A model generated the notes under the pieces. The model searched no databases. It had not been told where the DNA came from and was given only the letters and a program-made list of their open reading frames with translations. From contig JYFJ02002768.1 in the NCBI GenBank assembly GCA_000934665.2, positions 1 through 51,286 of the forward strand: a stretch of 51,286 nt of DNA, given 5' to 3'. Below are positions 23,074 to 34,800 of the stretch, piece after piece. A program made the position numbers and the translations under genes. This DNA comes from Catajapyx aquilonaris. Its lineage: Eukaryota. Each line of letters starts with the position of its first letter. Position 1 is the first letter of the stretch.

Positions 23074-23460
23074 TTTCTATTTATTTATTTTTTGCTACCC
23101 AGTGATAGATCCTGTGGCTCTTTGGGGGGGGGGGGGAGGAGAGAGAGAGACTGAGAGAGAGACACCACCATATTTTCTGAGATATTTTCCATTTTTCTTC
23201 CGACTCCGGTGCAGGGAAATCAAGGACATTGGGTAAGGATACGGATTTTTGGGGAGGGAATGTAGGTGCAAGTGCAATTTCGTTAAACGGGTCGTGTGCT
23301 GTTCCCCAGGAGGTTAAAGGTTAAGTTGACAGACACCTCCAAGGCGCCGGGGTCAGAGACACTCCTGACACAGGCGAAAAGGAGCTCCCAGGCGGGGATC
23401 GAACCTGGGACCTTTCACTCAGCAAGCCGAGAGTTACCATCTTAGCCATCGCACCTACTT
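23074..23460 (-). mobile_element. tRNA-derived SINE, family A
   Basis: A/B-box head, shared body and A-rich tail. TSD-like GTTTTTCCTTAATTA / GTTTTTTTACTTAATTA. Confidence 0.85.
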
Positions 23461-23667
23461 GTTTTTTTACTTAATTAGATCCCCAGCCAGGAATTTTTGA
23501 TATGAAAATCATGCTTTCGCAATTTTTTTCAACTGGATATGGCCACAGAAAGTAGGAGCATTGGCAAATTTCGCACAACTTTTTCTGGCAACGATAGAAA
23601 GTTCTCATATTTTGAACTGATCATTGTCCTCTAAAAGCTTCACTCTTGCATCTAATATCATTGGGAA

Positions 23668-23726
23668 CTAGCAGGTAACCGGCGTTGCCCAGGTATGTCG
23701 GGGTGCTGGTAAAGGTAGGGTACATA
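23668..23726 (-). mobile_element. Helitron 3' terminus; the element probably resumes after the transposon at 23727-25878
   Basis: Minus strand reads CCTGGGCAACGCCGGTTACCTGCTAG|T, a GC hairpin followed by CTAG. Confidence 0.65.
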
Positions 23727-23968
23727 CAGGGTGGTCCATTAAAAACTGTTTCAGCTAATATCCTGACAATCATGCATCCAACACGACCCCCAACTTGAGA
23801 CATTGCACATGCACCAGTGTCCCTCCCTCCTATCCCTACCCTGTCCCTGCACCAGCTACTGTACAATAAAAAATAAAAATAAAAATAAAATAAAGGTCCG
23901 TGTGATATACCCCCAGTTGGGGGTGAAAGCACTACCCCAGTTATTTTTTAAAAAAAAACAAAAAAAAC

Positions 23969-24517
23969 ATGCACTATTGGTCTGTGGAACAGCCGCACTG
24001 GATACGACAAGTGGAACTCCAACGCCCTTGGAGTGTGATTGTGTGGTGCGGTGTCCTCGGATCTAGACTCATTTGTCCGTATTTCATGGAGGGCAATTTA
24101 AATCGCGAGAAGTACAAAACGTTCTTGACACACATTTTGCCTGAACTATTGGAAGACGTGCCATTGCATCTGAGAAGAACAATGTGGTATCAATATGACG
24201 GGTGTACGGCACACAATGCACGTGTGGCTCGAGCAACATTAGACCGAACCTTCCCAAACCAGTGGATTGGTCGCAGAGGACCTGTGCATTGGCCAGCACG
24301 TTCTCCCAATCTAACATCACCGGACATCTTTTTGTGGGGGTTGCTGAAGGAGCAGTGCTACAAAGATGTGCCGACAACATCAGAAAACATGCAACGTGTT
24401 GTTAATGCATGTGCAAGTATCACAGCAGACACTCTTACATGTATGGAACGTAGCTTCCGGCACAGGATTAGCAAATGCAGTGAAGTAAACGGGCATCACT
24501 TTGAGCACCTCTTCTAA
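23969..24517 (+). pseudogene. truncated DD41D transposase (C-terminal catalytic half)
   Basis: VWCG..PYF..QYDG..H..WIGRRGPVHWPARSPNLTSPDIFLWG, with 41 residues between the second and third Asp. A SINE tail fragment (23800-23950) sits where the N-terminal half would be. Confidence 0.88.
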
Positions 24518-24973
24518 GGATTGTTTCAACACATACGTACGTTTTACATAAGTGTTTCCATGTGTAATTTGGATTACACCTTCATGTGTACACCCAAACA
24601 AGATGTCATGTAATGTAACTGCAACATATATTTCATATTGCAGGTCATAACCAGATGACATGATGCCATTGCTCTGCATGCCGTGGAGTGAATGTTACCA
24701 TCTTCAACATTTTTTTGGCGCTGTTGGCGCATTCAATTGACAATGTAGTCCCTGTGAAAGTGTCTTTGCTTTGCATGTAGTGTCAATATCTGCAATAAAT
24801 TATGGGGGTTTCCATTGACGAATGTGACCTTGACCCCGGGTTATGGTCAGTGGCACCATCCGCAATGTACCCCACAGCACTATCCTGTGTCCCCCTTGGT
24901 GCAACCCATATTGCATATGCAGCAGGTCTTGTTGGATGCATGATTGTCAGGATATTAGCTGAAACAGTTTTAA

Positions 24974-25861
24974 CCCTCGGACGGTGACGTGCGAAATGTT
25001 CGCTCTCCGGTGACGTGGGCACTTTTTGTGACCAAGCCATATTTTTTGTTATATCTGGCGAAATATAGCACATTTGGGCTTCACCTTTGAGACAATCACA
25101 TAGTGTGATTCCTTCTATGGCAAATAGCGTTTAGTTTACATTTTTTGAGCAAATAGTGCGATCAGAAAAAATAATCTGAAAGAAAATCAGTCGGGCCCAG
25201 CCCACGGACACTTATACTACGTTCTGGATTCATCACCTGCCGAGGCATTTTGCAACGGGTGCCCCCCTGAGACCAGCATGAGACATTTCGGAGCCACGAT
25301 AAGTGGCGACCCTACCGGACTATAGGCTGAACTTGATAGATACGAAGGGGAGGGCTACATGCTGGCCCAACATGGCCGCCGGCGGCCATGTTGGGCCCCC
25401 CAATGTAGCCCTGCCCTTCGTATCTATCAAGTTCAGCCTATAGTCCGGTAGGGTCGCCACTTATCGTGGCTCTGAAATGTCTCATGGCGGTCTCAGGTGA
25501 GCACCCTCTGCAAAACCCCTCCGCAGGGGGTGGGTGGGGAGTGACATAACCTGAGTCTTCTATAACCATGGTCGGGCCCAACTCCCGGGGGTAGGGAGAT
25601 TCCGCCCCTTGGCGGCCTGGGATGCCACCGGAAGCAGCCAGACTGGATCTTGGTTGGGCCCCAACTACACATTGTCGCATAATTTATTTTTTCCTGGTCG
25701 TGTTATTTACTCAAAAACTTAAAACCAAACGTCATTCATCACAGAAATAGTCAAACGAAAATGTTCTCAAAGATGAATCTTGAATGTCCTAAATTTGCCA
25801 AGCTATAGCAAAAAAAAAAGTGTCGTTGGTCACAAAAAGTGCCCACGTCACCGTCCAAGGG
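24974..25861. mobile_element. piggyBac-like MITE with a central spacer-less palindrome
   Basis: TTAA|CCCTCGGACGGTGACGTG ... CACGTCACCGTCCAAGGG|TTAA. Removing it restores the host TIR. Confidence 0.9.
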
Positions 25862-26053
25862 TTAATTGGACCACCCTGTATATTATAAGATGTTTGTTAG
25901 TTTGTAAAATGTGAGTTCCATACACTCGAAACTCGATATGCCTTAAAATAGGCCTTATAAGTTACAATAAGCCAAGGTTTGTCACTATCTGTGATAGATT
26001 GGCCTGCTTCGGTTATATTTTTTAAAATTTACTTCATATCAAATACAAAGGGG

Positions 26054-26790
26054 AGGTGGAGTGGCACTTCGGTAACGCATGCGCTCACGGAAGTAAGGGT
26101 CCCGGGTTCGATTCCAAGCCCGGGCAATCGCCTCTTCATCTTGTGCAGAGTTGGGTCGCCTCTGGCTTTGTCTCGGGTGGGATTCCTTGAGGCTAACCAC
26201 CCAGGTAGTTCACAAAATGTACCATTATAGACATTGCACTTGCACTTTGCATATCCCCTCTCAGTCACCCTGCCCTCGGACCCGGGCGTTTCATAAAAAG
26301 GTTCCGAATGTACAGTCCCGCTCATAAAGAATGGTACGACTCTATAGACGAAATGGTTATCCTGATTATCAATTCCCAAACTTAATTCGACAAAACCATA
26401 CGGACCTTTTCTGGACCTCTGGTGACTCGTATGACCCATCCAGATTTTTAAATAAAATTTTAATGACCAAAATGTTCAACCAGGTGCAATGCTTACGTAG
26501 ATTTGATGTGAATTTCCCCCCTAAAATATTCCTACTTAGCTTTGTTTTTCTCTTCTCTTTTTTATTTTATTTTGATTCCCTTTTCCCGGACTTCCTCGTG
26601 ACCCCTAAAAACATGCTGGCGACCCAGAGGTTGGGAACAGAATAAACATTTCGTCCATATAGAGTCGTACCATTCTTTATGAACGGTACTGTACAGATCA
26701 TACACAAAGGTTAATAAAGGTCCGTGCAATATACCCCAAGAGGGGCGAAAGCACTACCCAGATTATTATTGTCGTCATCGTCATCATCAT
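26054..26790 (+). mobile_element. tRNA-derived SINE, family B (interrupted by a MITE)
   Basis: Head GGTGGAGTGGCACTTCGGTAACGC..GGTTCGATTCC, core ACATTGCACTTGCAC, and a 3' stem-loop followed by an (ATT)/(CAT) tail. The same 3' end occurs at 23890-23945. Confidence 0.7.
26313..26691. mobile_element. Tc1-like MITE
   Basis: TA|CAGTCCCGCTCATAAAGAATGGTACGACTCTATA ... TATAGAGTCGTACCATTCTTTATGAACGGTACTG|TA. Confidence 0.85.
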
Positions 26791-27566
26791 CAGTATGGAA
26801 AAATTTGCCGTTATCTACCAGTGAAGTACAATATATCACTTGTGGTTTACTTCAGCTAATTCCTTTCACAATGTTTTCATTGGCAGTAGTGATGACAAAA
26901 GCATTCAAGAACCACCATGAATTTATTGCAAAAAATTGTACATCAGACACCTCCTGGCAATCCCATCATGTGTATGTGAGAACAAATTGGCTGCGCGTTG
27001 TTGCAGGTCTTAGTTGGGTACAGATAATATTTAAATAAATGGATTTCTGCATTGCAAACTTAAATACCTTTGAGCCATAACATTAAAAAAAAAAAAAATC
27101 TCACAAAACTGAACATAATGGTGCATAACTTTAGCTACCAACCTCCATATGTTGATCTAAGTATTCTTTGAACTTTGGCATGAGATTTTGTACAAGTCTT
27201 GAACTCTCTCTGCCACCCTATTGCTCACTCCCTTTATTCTCATCTACCAAACAGTTTCTGGACACAGGAAAAAATGCTAAGATCACGGCTGTTCTTTACA
27301 TTGAGCGCACCCGCTTATTGGGGGTTTTGAATTTGTCATAATTTGCTTTACGTCCTCTGCACTGCAGGCCAACAAATGTTATTGTGCCTATTGCCAAGCG
27401 CCTAGCTACATAACAATAGTTAATGCATTCAAATTTTCCCCCTCCTCCCCATCCCAGGAATGCATCTCATCAGTTCACGTGACAGCCACATCAACACACC
27501 ATTCCAGCAATCAATACTTTTGACCCACAGCCCACCCGCCCAACCGCAGCGCTCCAGTGTTCTTAA

Positions 27567-27973
27567 AGGGACACTCCACTCAAAATACAAGTTGGCCCCC
27601 AAAAATCGGGCAAAAAATCCTGATTCCGAATGTGCAATCGGTTTTTTCCTACGCCCAACGGTAACACGGAAAATCATATATCTACACACGTCGTCTGCTA
27701 AGAAGGGCGATACAACAGCATCCCGCGGCAAGCCGGAGAAGTAGAGAATGTGCTCAACAAACAACTGCCATGCCAGGATGCATTCTCTAGTTCCGCCCGG
27801 TTCCACTCTGGTGGCATTGCCACCTGCGCCCACCTGCGGTTTTCGAACGACACACTTCCAGCTTTCACACTGGCCTTACCGTTCGTCTCTAAGAAAAACT
27901 GCTTATACCCTTGGAATCAGGATTTTTTGCCCGATTTTTAGAACCCAACATGTATTTTGAGTGGAATGTCCCT
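27567..27973. mobile_element. Kolobok-like MITE
   Basis: TTAA|AGGGACACTCCACTCAAAATACA ... TGTATTTTGAGTGGAATGTCCCT|TTAA, with TIRs of at least 60 bp. Same family as 48904-49987. Confidence 0.8.
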
Positions 27974-28804
27974 TTAAGGTAAAGATCAAGATCATTTGAT
28001 GCTAAGCTTGTACTGTTTGGAAAATGCTTTAAGATGTTCCCACATAGATTGTTGGAGAACAACATATGGCAATGTCTGACTGCAAATTGCAGTTCATATG
28101 CAGGGAGTATAAAAAGTCTCAAACAGTTCACATGGGGAATCTTTTAGCACTCAAATCATGGTCCAGACCTTGCATTGAGTTCTTTTACTTTGTTTAGCCA
28201 CCTCCAGAAAATGTTTAGCAACTGATAGCCTACATCATGGCCAAGAGAAAAATATCCATTGTAGGTTTAGCAGCGAAAGTGACTAACATAGGCTTACAAA
28301 ATCTTTTACCACAGTTTGAAAAATACTTTGATTGACATTACGGCAGCGGTTCTCAACCTGTGGGGCGCCCAGGCGAATCAAAAAATTACGTGACTCGAAA
28401 CAGGCACAAAAGTTGCACTGATTAGGTAAGTACAGTTGCCTATTTCTGTACATTCCTAAACTACCCACTGGACTACTTACCAGTAGTGAAGAAGTCGTAG
28501 TGCCTAGATTTGGGGGGGATATCTGAAATGACTTTTCAGGGGGGGGCCGATATGGCACAGGTTGAGATATGGCACAGGTTGAGACCCGCTGCATTACAGG
28601 GTACCATTGTAGCTAAAAATTTGAGTGACCTTGGGGCTGTTCCTTTTTTTGTGGGGATTTCTCAATAAAATTTTACAGACCGACAGTACTTACTTGTGGA
28701 AAGTGGTAATATTTCATGCTTTAGTTCATGTACAGTGATCAAGTTGTTGATGGCAAGTAAGGATGCCAATAAGGAGGTGTCCTTTCTGCATGATCCAAAT
28801 TGCA

Positions 28805-28829
28805 TTAGTAGTCTGTGAAGTGCTTGAGC
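28805..28829 (-). CDS. UTP18: UTP18 last coding exon (RLKHFTDY*)
   Basis: Acceptor AATTCCAG|G after a 63-bp intron; matches the conserved C-terminal RLxHY/FxxY. Confidence 0.8.
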
Positions 28830-31800
28830 CTGGAATTTAACAAATTGATAAGTCAAAAGACACACCTCTATAGCAATCCTATTTTATATTACCTATAGAG
28901 CAGAACTGCACTCTGATTGTTTGCAATTGCCATGAATCCAGAATGAGGTGAAAAGTCAACTGAATGGGGTCGAAAAATCTTCGGATGCAGCCCTGGGAAT
29001 CCATTTGCTACAGTCATTGATGGCATGTGTGCCTGGAATTTTGAGTGCATAATTACGTAGCTAATCAGTTTTGATGGAAACAACTCTCTCCTGACTAAGG
29101 GGCCGTCCATAAATTACGTGGACACTTTTCCCACCATTTTCTAACCCCCCCCCCCCCCCCAAATGGACACTTGTATACAATCCATGTACCCCCCCCCCCC
29201 CTTTATTTACATGTACAGTCGACCTGGCACCCCCCTCTTCGGCCTTGTCACAGGCAATGAATCATATAATTATTTTCTTTAATTAATTTTTTTTTTAAAT
29301 TAATTATTTTTTTAAAAGAGCTGTATANCCCCCTTCCTGTCCACGTAATTTATGGACGACCCCTAACCAGCAGGCACCTAAAAATACCTACTAACTTCAG
29401 TCTAACAGACTTAACATTATTGGTTTAAAAAACTCCTTCCTACTTACAAGCTTTACGGAATTGTCCTTCAAGGATGATGCCATAGCCATGACCTCAGATG
29501 TGTGGTTGAACCTGAGGGATGTGGCACATGTTTTCAAGTGAGGCAAGGACTTGAGAGGTGCCTGTGGGCCTCCTCCCCACAAATCTTGCAGTGTGTAAAT
29601 ATCAACCATCCCTGAAAGGCATCCACACGCCAGATACTGCCCATTGGGCGATATGGCAAGTGATGAGCCTCCAAGATTGCTCCTGGTCAGCAAGCACTTT
29701 TTAAGAATCGGTCTGGTTGCAAATCGCACATCCCATGCTGCCACTTCACCAGAGGAGTTTTTACTTTGAACGTAAAGAGTGTTTCCATTTGGATGGAATG
29801 CCATTGATGCCACTTGGCTACCAGATGGTGAGTGAAGAGTGGACACCCACTCTTTGGCTGCTGTGGACACCATATGGATCTGCCCAGACCCAGATGCAAA
29901 TGCTAACAGGCGTCCATTTGGGGCAACTTCGAAGTTCCGTGGGTTGGTCAGGTCTTGTGGAGAATGCCAGGGCACACGAAGTGTACGACCAGTGACAAGA
30001 TCCAATGATACTAGCTGGCGTCGCTGCTCCGAGCATGCCACCACCTCATCCCGGTTGCCTGAGCACAGAAAGTGCGCCTGTGCTATGGGGAAGTGCTCCA
30101 AATGAGCACCCATCAGACGCTCATTTATGCGGCCATCTGATTGTACCAATGCCAGGTGACCTTTGCGGTGAGCTACGAGTGCCACCTGCAATTAATTTTT
30201 CATTTACATCTTGGTCCGACAAGGAAGGACCACTGCTTATGGAAAATTGGCTTACTTAGCCACATTCAGTAACCACATTGAATTGGGTTATTTGTGGTAG
30301 TTGAAAGTACACTGCTACGCTCCTTGCTGGCCAAGCTGATTGTGTGGCAAAATATAAGTCAAACGGATCGCTCTTGTCTGCCCCCCCCCTCTCTCTCTCC
30401 CCCCNCCCCCCATAACACGAAATACAGATTTGAGGGGGACATTTGCAACAGTTACAAAATTTTTGCACTTTGTGATTATTAGGGAGACTTGTGGACATTT
30501 CGAAGAATTTTCAAAATAAACATTGACCATGTCTACCACGGCTTTTTGCCCTCTTTAGCTGGGTGTTTAAATCTGGCGCGCTGGGAAAAAATAAGTGAAA
30601 CATGCACCTCCGATTTCATGTTCTGTTCATCCACTAGATCAGTGGTTCCCAAACTGTGGGCCGCCGGCTTTAAATTTTTTTTGTAAACTATAAAATGATC
30701 TGGCGAAATGAGGAGCAAGAGCACAGTACGTAAAAAAAGAAGAAGAAAAAATCCTGCACGCCGCTTAGTTCTTAACACAGAAAGCATACACATTCACTCT
30801 TTGCGTGGGAGGTGACCAGGTGTAACTGGCTCATTATGTGGGCCGCGAGGTATTTCCTTATCTGATGTGGGCCACGACCAAAAATAAAGTTTGGGAACCA
30901 CTACACTAGATGTAGCCCCACTGCCTGATACATATAATTATGTTGCTTGTCCGCAGAAGGCACGATACCTGCTTATAAACCACATACATGATCACTTCTC
31001 ACCTTCCAAAACTGATTCGTGACGTTTTGAGGAAGTAGACCAAATGGAAGAATTCCAAGAAACCGCTGAATGATTGCCAGTTCCCTGGGCTGAATAATTA
31101 TGAAAACATTAAGTGTCCATTTAAAAAACTTCAAAGGTCCGGTTTATAAGGAGGTAATGTGAGTCACCAGGTAAATACGCAGGTGACTCGGGCCTTTCGA
31201 TTCCTCCACCTGGTCACCTGGAGCTGCTCGGAGCAGTTGGCTAGACCAGTGGTTCCCAAACTTTTTTTTTGTGGTGTACCCCTTTTCAAATATGTCGAGA
31301 CAGTTTGTACCCCCACTCCTATCTGTACTTGAAAATAGCACTGTGGACAATTATCAGTTAATGTGATGGGTGTGATGTCTCTCTTTCACTTATGCTTAAT
31401 ATTTTTTTCTATTTTTAAATATTTATTTACCCCATTGCATTGTGAGAATCGGCGCTCCATTAGAGGGGTGGAATACAACCATTTTACCACTCGTATTTTC
31501 TATCATTTTCTTCACACACCGTGCAAAGAAGAAAGGGACATGAGGAAGGAAATTGGAATTTTTGGGGAGGGAATGTAGGTGCAAGTGCAATGTCTCAATC
31601 TGGGCCATGTGCAGTCCCCCAGGAGGTTAGGTTGCCAGACACCTCCAAGGTGCGGGTCAGAGACCCTCCTGACGCAGGTGAAAGGGAACTCCCAGGCGGG
31701 GATCAAACCTGGGACCTTTCACTCAGCAAGCGGAGACATTACCATCTTGGCCACCACACCTCCACGACCTATGGTTAATATTGGGGACAAGTAGTGGTTT

Positions 31801-34800
31801 CAATTCAAGCATGGCGTCTTTCTCAACACAGAGTCGATGACCGTAGGCTACTTGTTTTCATGGACACTAATGAAAAACAGCTTCACATAAATAGGCAGTT
31901 AGTAAATTGTATTAAGTACTTCAGAGCACTGCACTAGTTGCCAGGCTCGGATAGTGTCTTCATTTATTCAACCCAAAAGTTCCGAAGGCTATTGTCAAAT
32001 TTCAAACTTCCATTTGTAGAAAGTGTCCCTCAAACCTGTATCTTGTGTAATATGGGGTAGACAGGCAGACAGGCAGACAGGCAATCAGCTTGACCAGGAT
32101 AAGGGCACAAGGAGTGTTGCAGTTATTTTCTGGATATTAGTTAAGTACGGCAATTTAACATAAGTGGTCCTAACCACCCAGCATATTACAGATGCAAATG
32201 AATTTTAGTTCAGTGTTCATATTGTAATGAATCCAACCTTTTTGAAGGCAACCACAATTGGGTCAATACCTTCCCAAGTCCTGTGAATCTTGTGACAACC
32301 TTATGTTATGATCTAATATTATGCTTATGTTATAACTATTATTATATAATTCTTACATTATGCTCTGGCCAATACAAGTTACAAGGCTTATTTCCATTTA
32401 GACAAATTGTGTGCCCATTCACATCAGGGAATATTTTTGTGCAATTCACGATTATGTTGCTCCTGCTACACTACTGACAACATAGCCCATAGCCACATTG
32501 AATGTGCCAAATGTGAGATCACCTGTGATCTAGGATGGAACTCCACCAATGGGTTTCCTCCTTTAGATGCTCTCTGATGTGTCTGACCACCTGTGTCATC
32601 CTCCCACCACCAGGTCAAGTCCTTGAGGCGCTTCACATGCATAAAACCAGATGGTAATGTACTCTTCTGACGTCTTGGTGCTAGCAGTCCACCAGCCCTC
32701 TGAAATACAGAGTTTTGTTGCCAATCTAAACTCTTGTCAAACTGCAATGATACAGGACACTACCAAAATCAAAATATGTAGGAGGCATATTACCACAACA
32801 TTACCCCATAAATCAGTGGTTTCCAACCTGGGGGTCACAGGCAGGGTCGCGAGCCTTTGTGCAACTTTTTTTTGCAATTTCTGCGTAAATTGAACCATTT
32901 TTGCGGCCGTACAGAGTGTATGTTTTCTGGAAATGGGTCAGTTGTCGAAGGGGCCGGGCGGGGGGGGGGGNCGCACATTTATGGAAACATGTTTAGGGGA
33001 TTGCAGGTAAAAGGTTGGAAACCCCTGCCATAAATAGTGGCATCCTGGTATAAAAATAGGCAGTAAAACTGCAGAAAACTATTCTGAAAAAGAACTGTAA
33101 TAGAGCCTTCAAATTCGATTCTGATTCTGAAAAGAACTGAAATAGGGCCTTCAATTTCGTTTCTGATTCTGAAAAGAACTGAAATTGAAGGCCCTATTTC
33201 AGTTCTTTTCAGAAGCAGAATCGAAATAGAGCCGTCAATTTCGATTCTGATACTGAAAAGAACTGAAATAGGGCCTTCAATTTCAGTTCTTTTCAGAATC
33301 AGAATCGAAATTGAAGGCCCTATTACAGTTCTTTTTCAGAATCAGAACCAGAATCAAAGGACCTCATGCATTAAACATACTAAAAAGGATCCAAAAATTG
33401 ATTTCTTCGTGCTTGGGACATGTTGTTGGGGGTGGTGAGTAGGCCCCGTGTGCAAAAGGAGCGGCCTCGATTGGCCGCGGTTAGGCTTGTAGGCCGGTCA
33501 CGTGACCTAGCCTTTAAAAAATCACCATGCCCAAACGACTTTGATTTAAGAAATGATTTTTGGCATGAAGGTATACCTAGCCTAGTAATCTAACGCTACG
33601 ATAGAATTCCATCTAGCTCGTTTCTGATTGGCCGAAATAGACAACAAGTGAGAAACAAGTGGCCTTTTTACCAATTTAAAGCTGACCGCCCATCATGACG
33701 TACACCTTATTTGACAGCTCCAAAGAAGTTTTACACCATATTAAAAAATCAGACAATTCTATCCGTGGACCGCTATATTTTATTTAGTAACAACCAAACA
33801 CCACCCTTACAATTCACACAAATGTACTACTATTGTCTGACCAGAAGCTATAGAGAGTTGGTGGGTTTTCCCCATCAAGCCAAAATCCCCCACGCCACCC
33901 CACCCCCTCGAAAATGCCCCTCTTCCCAACAATATTAATCCGCAAAAGGGTTCGGAAAGATCAGTTTAAAAGGAGACGCTGCCATAATTGTGGATCTGTG
34001 GTTATTATACGTGTAAGAAATTGTAATAAGGCACCCTGATGGGCAACATCTTATTCCGGTCTGACCTTTCCCAACCCTTTTGCAGATTAAGATTGTGGGG
34101 AAGTCCGGCATTTTCGAGGGGGTGGGGTGGCGGTGGGAAATTTTGGGTTGATGGGAAAAACCCAGCAACTCTCTTTAACTTCTGGTCAGACAATACCCAC
34201 CTTTTGCACTATTTTGAGGCATTCTTGGAGTTCATGAATCTAAAAATAACATGACGAAGGTCTTCGGCGAATATTATGCGATTCACGATGTGACAGTTGA
34301 TTTGCCCGCTCCCCCTGTTAGCGGAAGGTGTCGTGTGTGTTACTGAACATCCCATGGTAACCTTTGACCGCTAAAACGAGTCCTGGCCTGTTACGCTCCA
34401 CCCACATCCTCCCAACGTCAGCGGCGGAAGAAGTCAGGCCTGGAATGCTCGTGATTCTCGTGAGTAGGAGCCATTGGTGAGGGGTTCGGTCTCAACAAGG
34501 GATAGGTAGTTCGTCGTATTCCCAGGCCTGGTTGTCCCGTCTCCCCCCCCATGCGATCCACTGCTGTCAAGTGCTCTCCCTCACCCTCCTGGCAGGCGTG
34601 TGAGGCCATGGCGGACGTGGCAACCTCGCCTTCAGAGGGCGGAGGACGGGGGAGGAGCCTAACAGGCCAGGACAAGTGAATCGCATAATATTCGCCGAAG
34701 ACCTTCGTCATGTTATTTTTAGATTCATGAACTCCAAGAATACCTCAAAATAGTGCAAAAGGTGGGTAGTAGTACATTTGTGTGAATTATAAGGGTGGTG

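Larger units (their letters stand above)
23727..25878 (+). mobile_element. DD41D (rosa/Visitor-type) Tc1/mariner transposon, deleted and interrupted
   Basis: Left TIR TA|CAGGGTGGTCCATTAAAAACTGTTTCAGCTAATATCCTGACAATCATGCATCCAACA. The right TIR is split at its TTAA by a piggyBac-like insert (24930-24973 plus 25866-25878), followed by TA. Confidence 0.9.

Noticed and set aside
23895..23935. hammerhead-ribozyme-like stem plus GAAA (also 26724, and CTGATGA on the minus strand at ~43615)
   Set aside because: The CUGANGA core is missing here (GTGATAT/GCAATAT), and the 43615 site has no GAAA or stem III.
28020..28131. LKHFPNS as the UTP18 terminal exon
   Set aside because: No suitable acceptor; 28829-28805 gives a phase-correct RLKHFTDY* instead.
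33081..33350. CRISPR-like repeat array
   Set aside because: No unique spacers, mixed orientations, located in a eukaryotic intron, and no cas genes.
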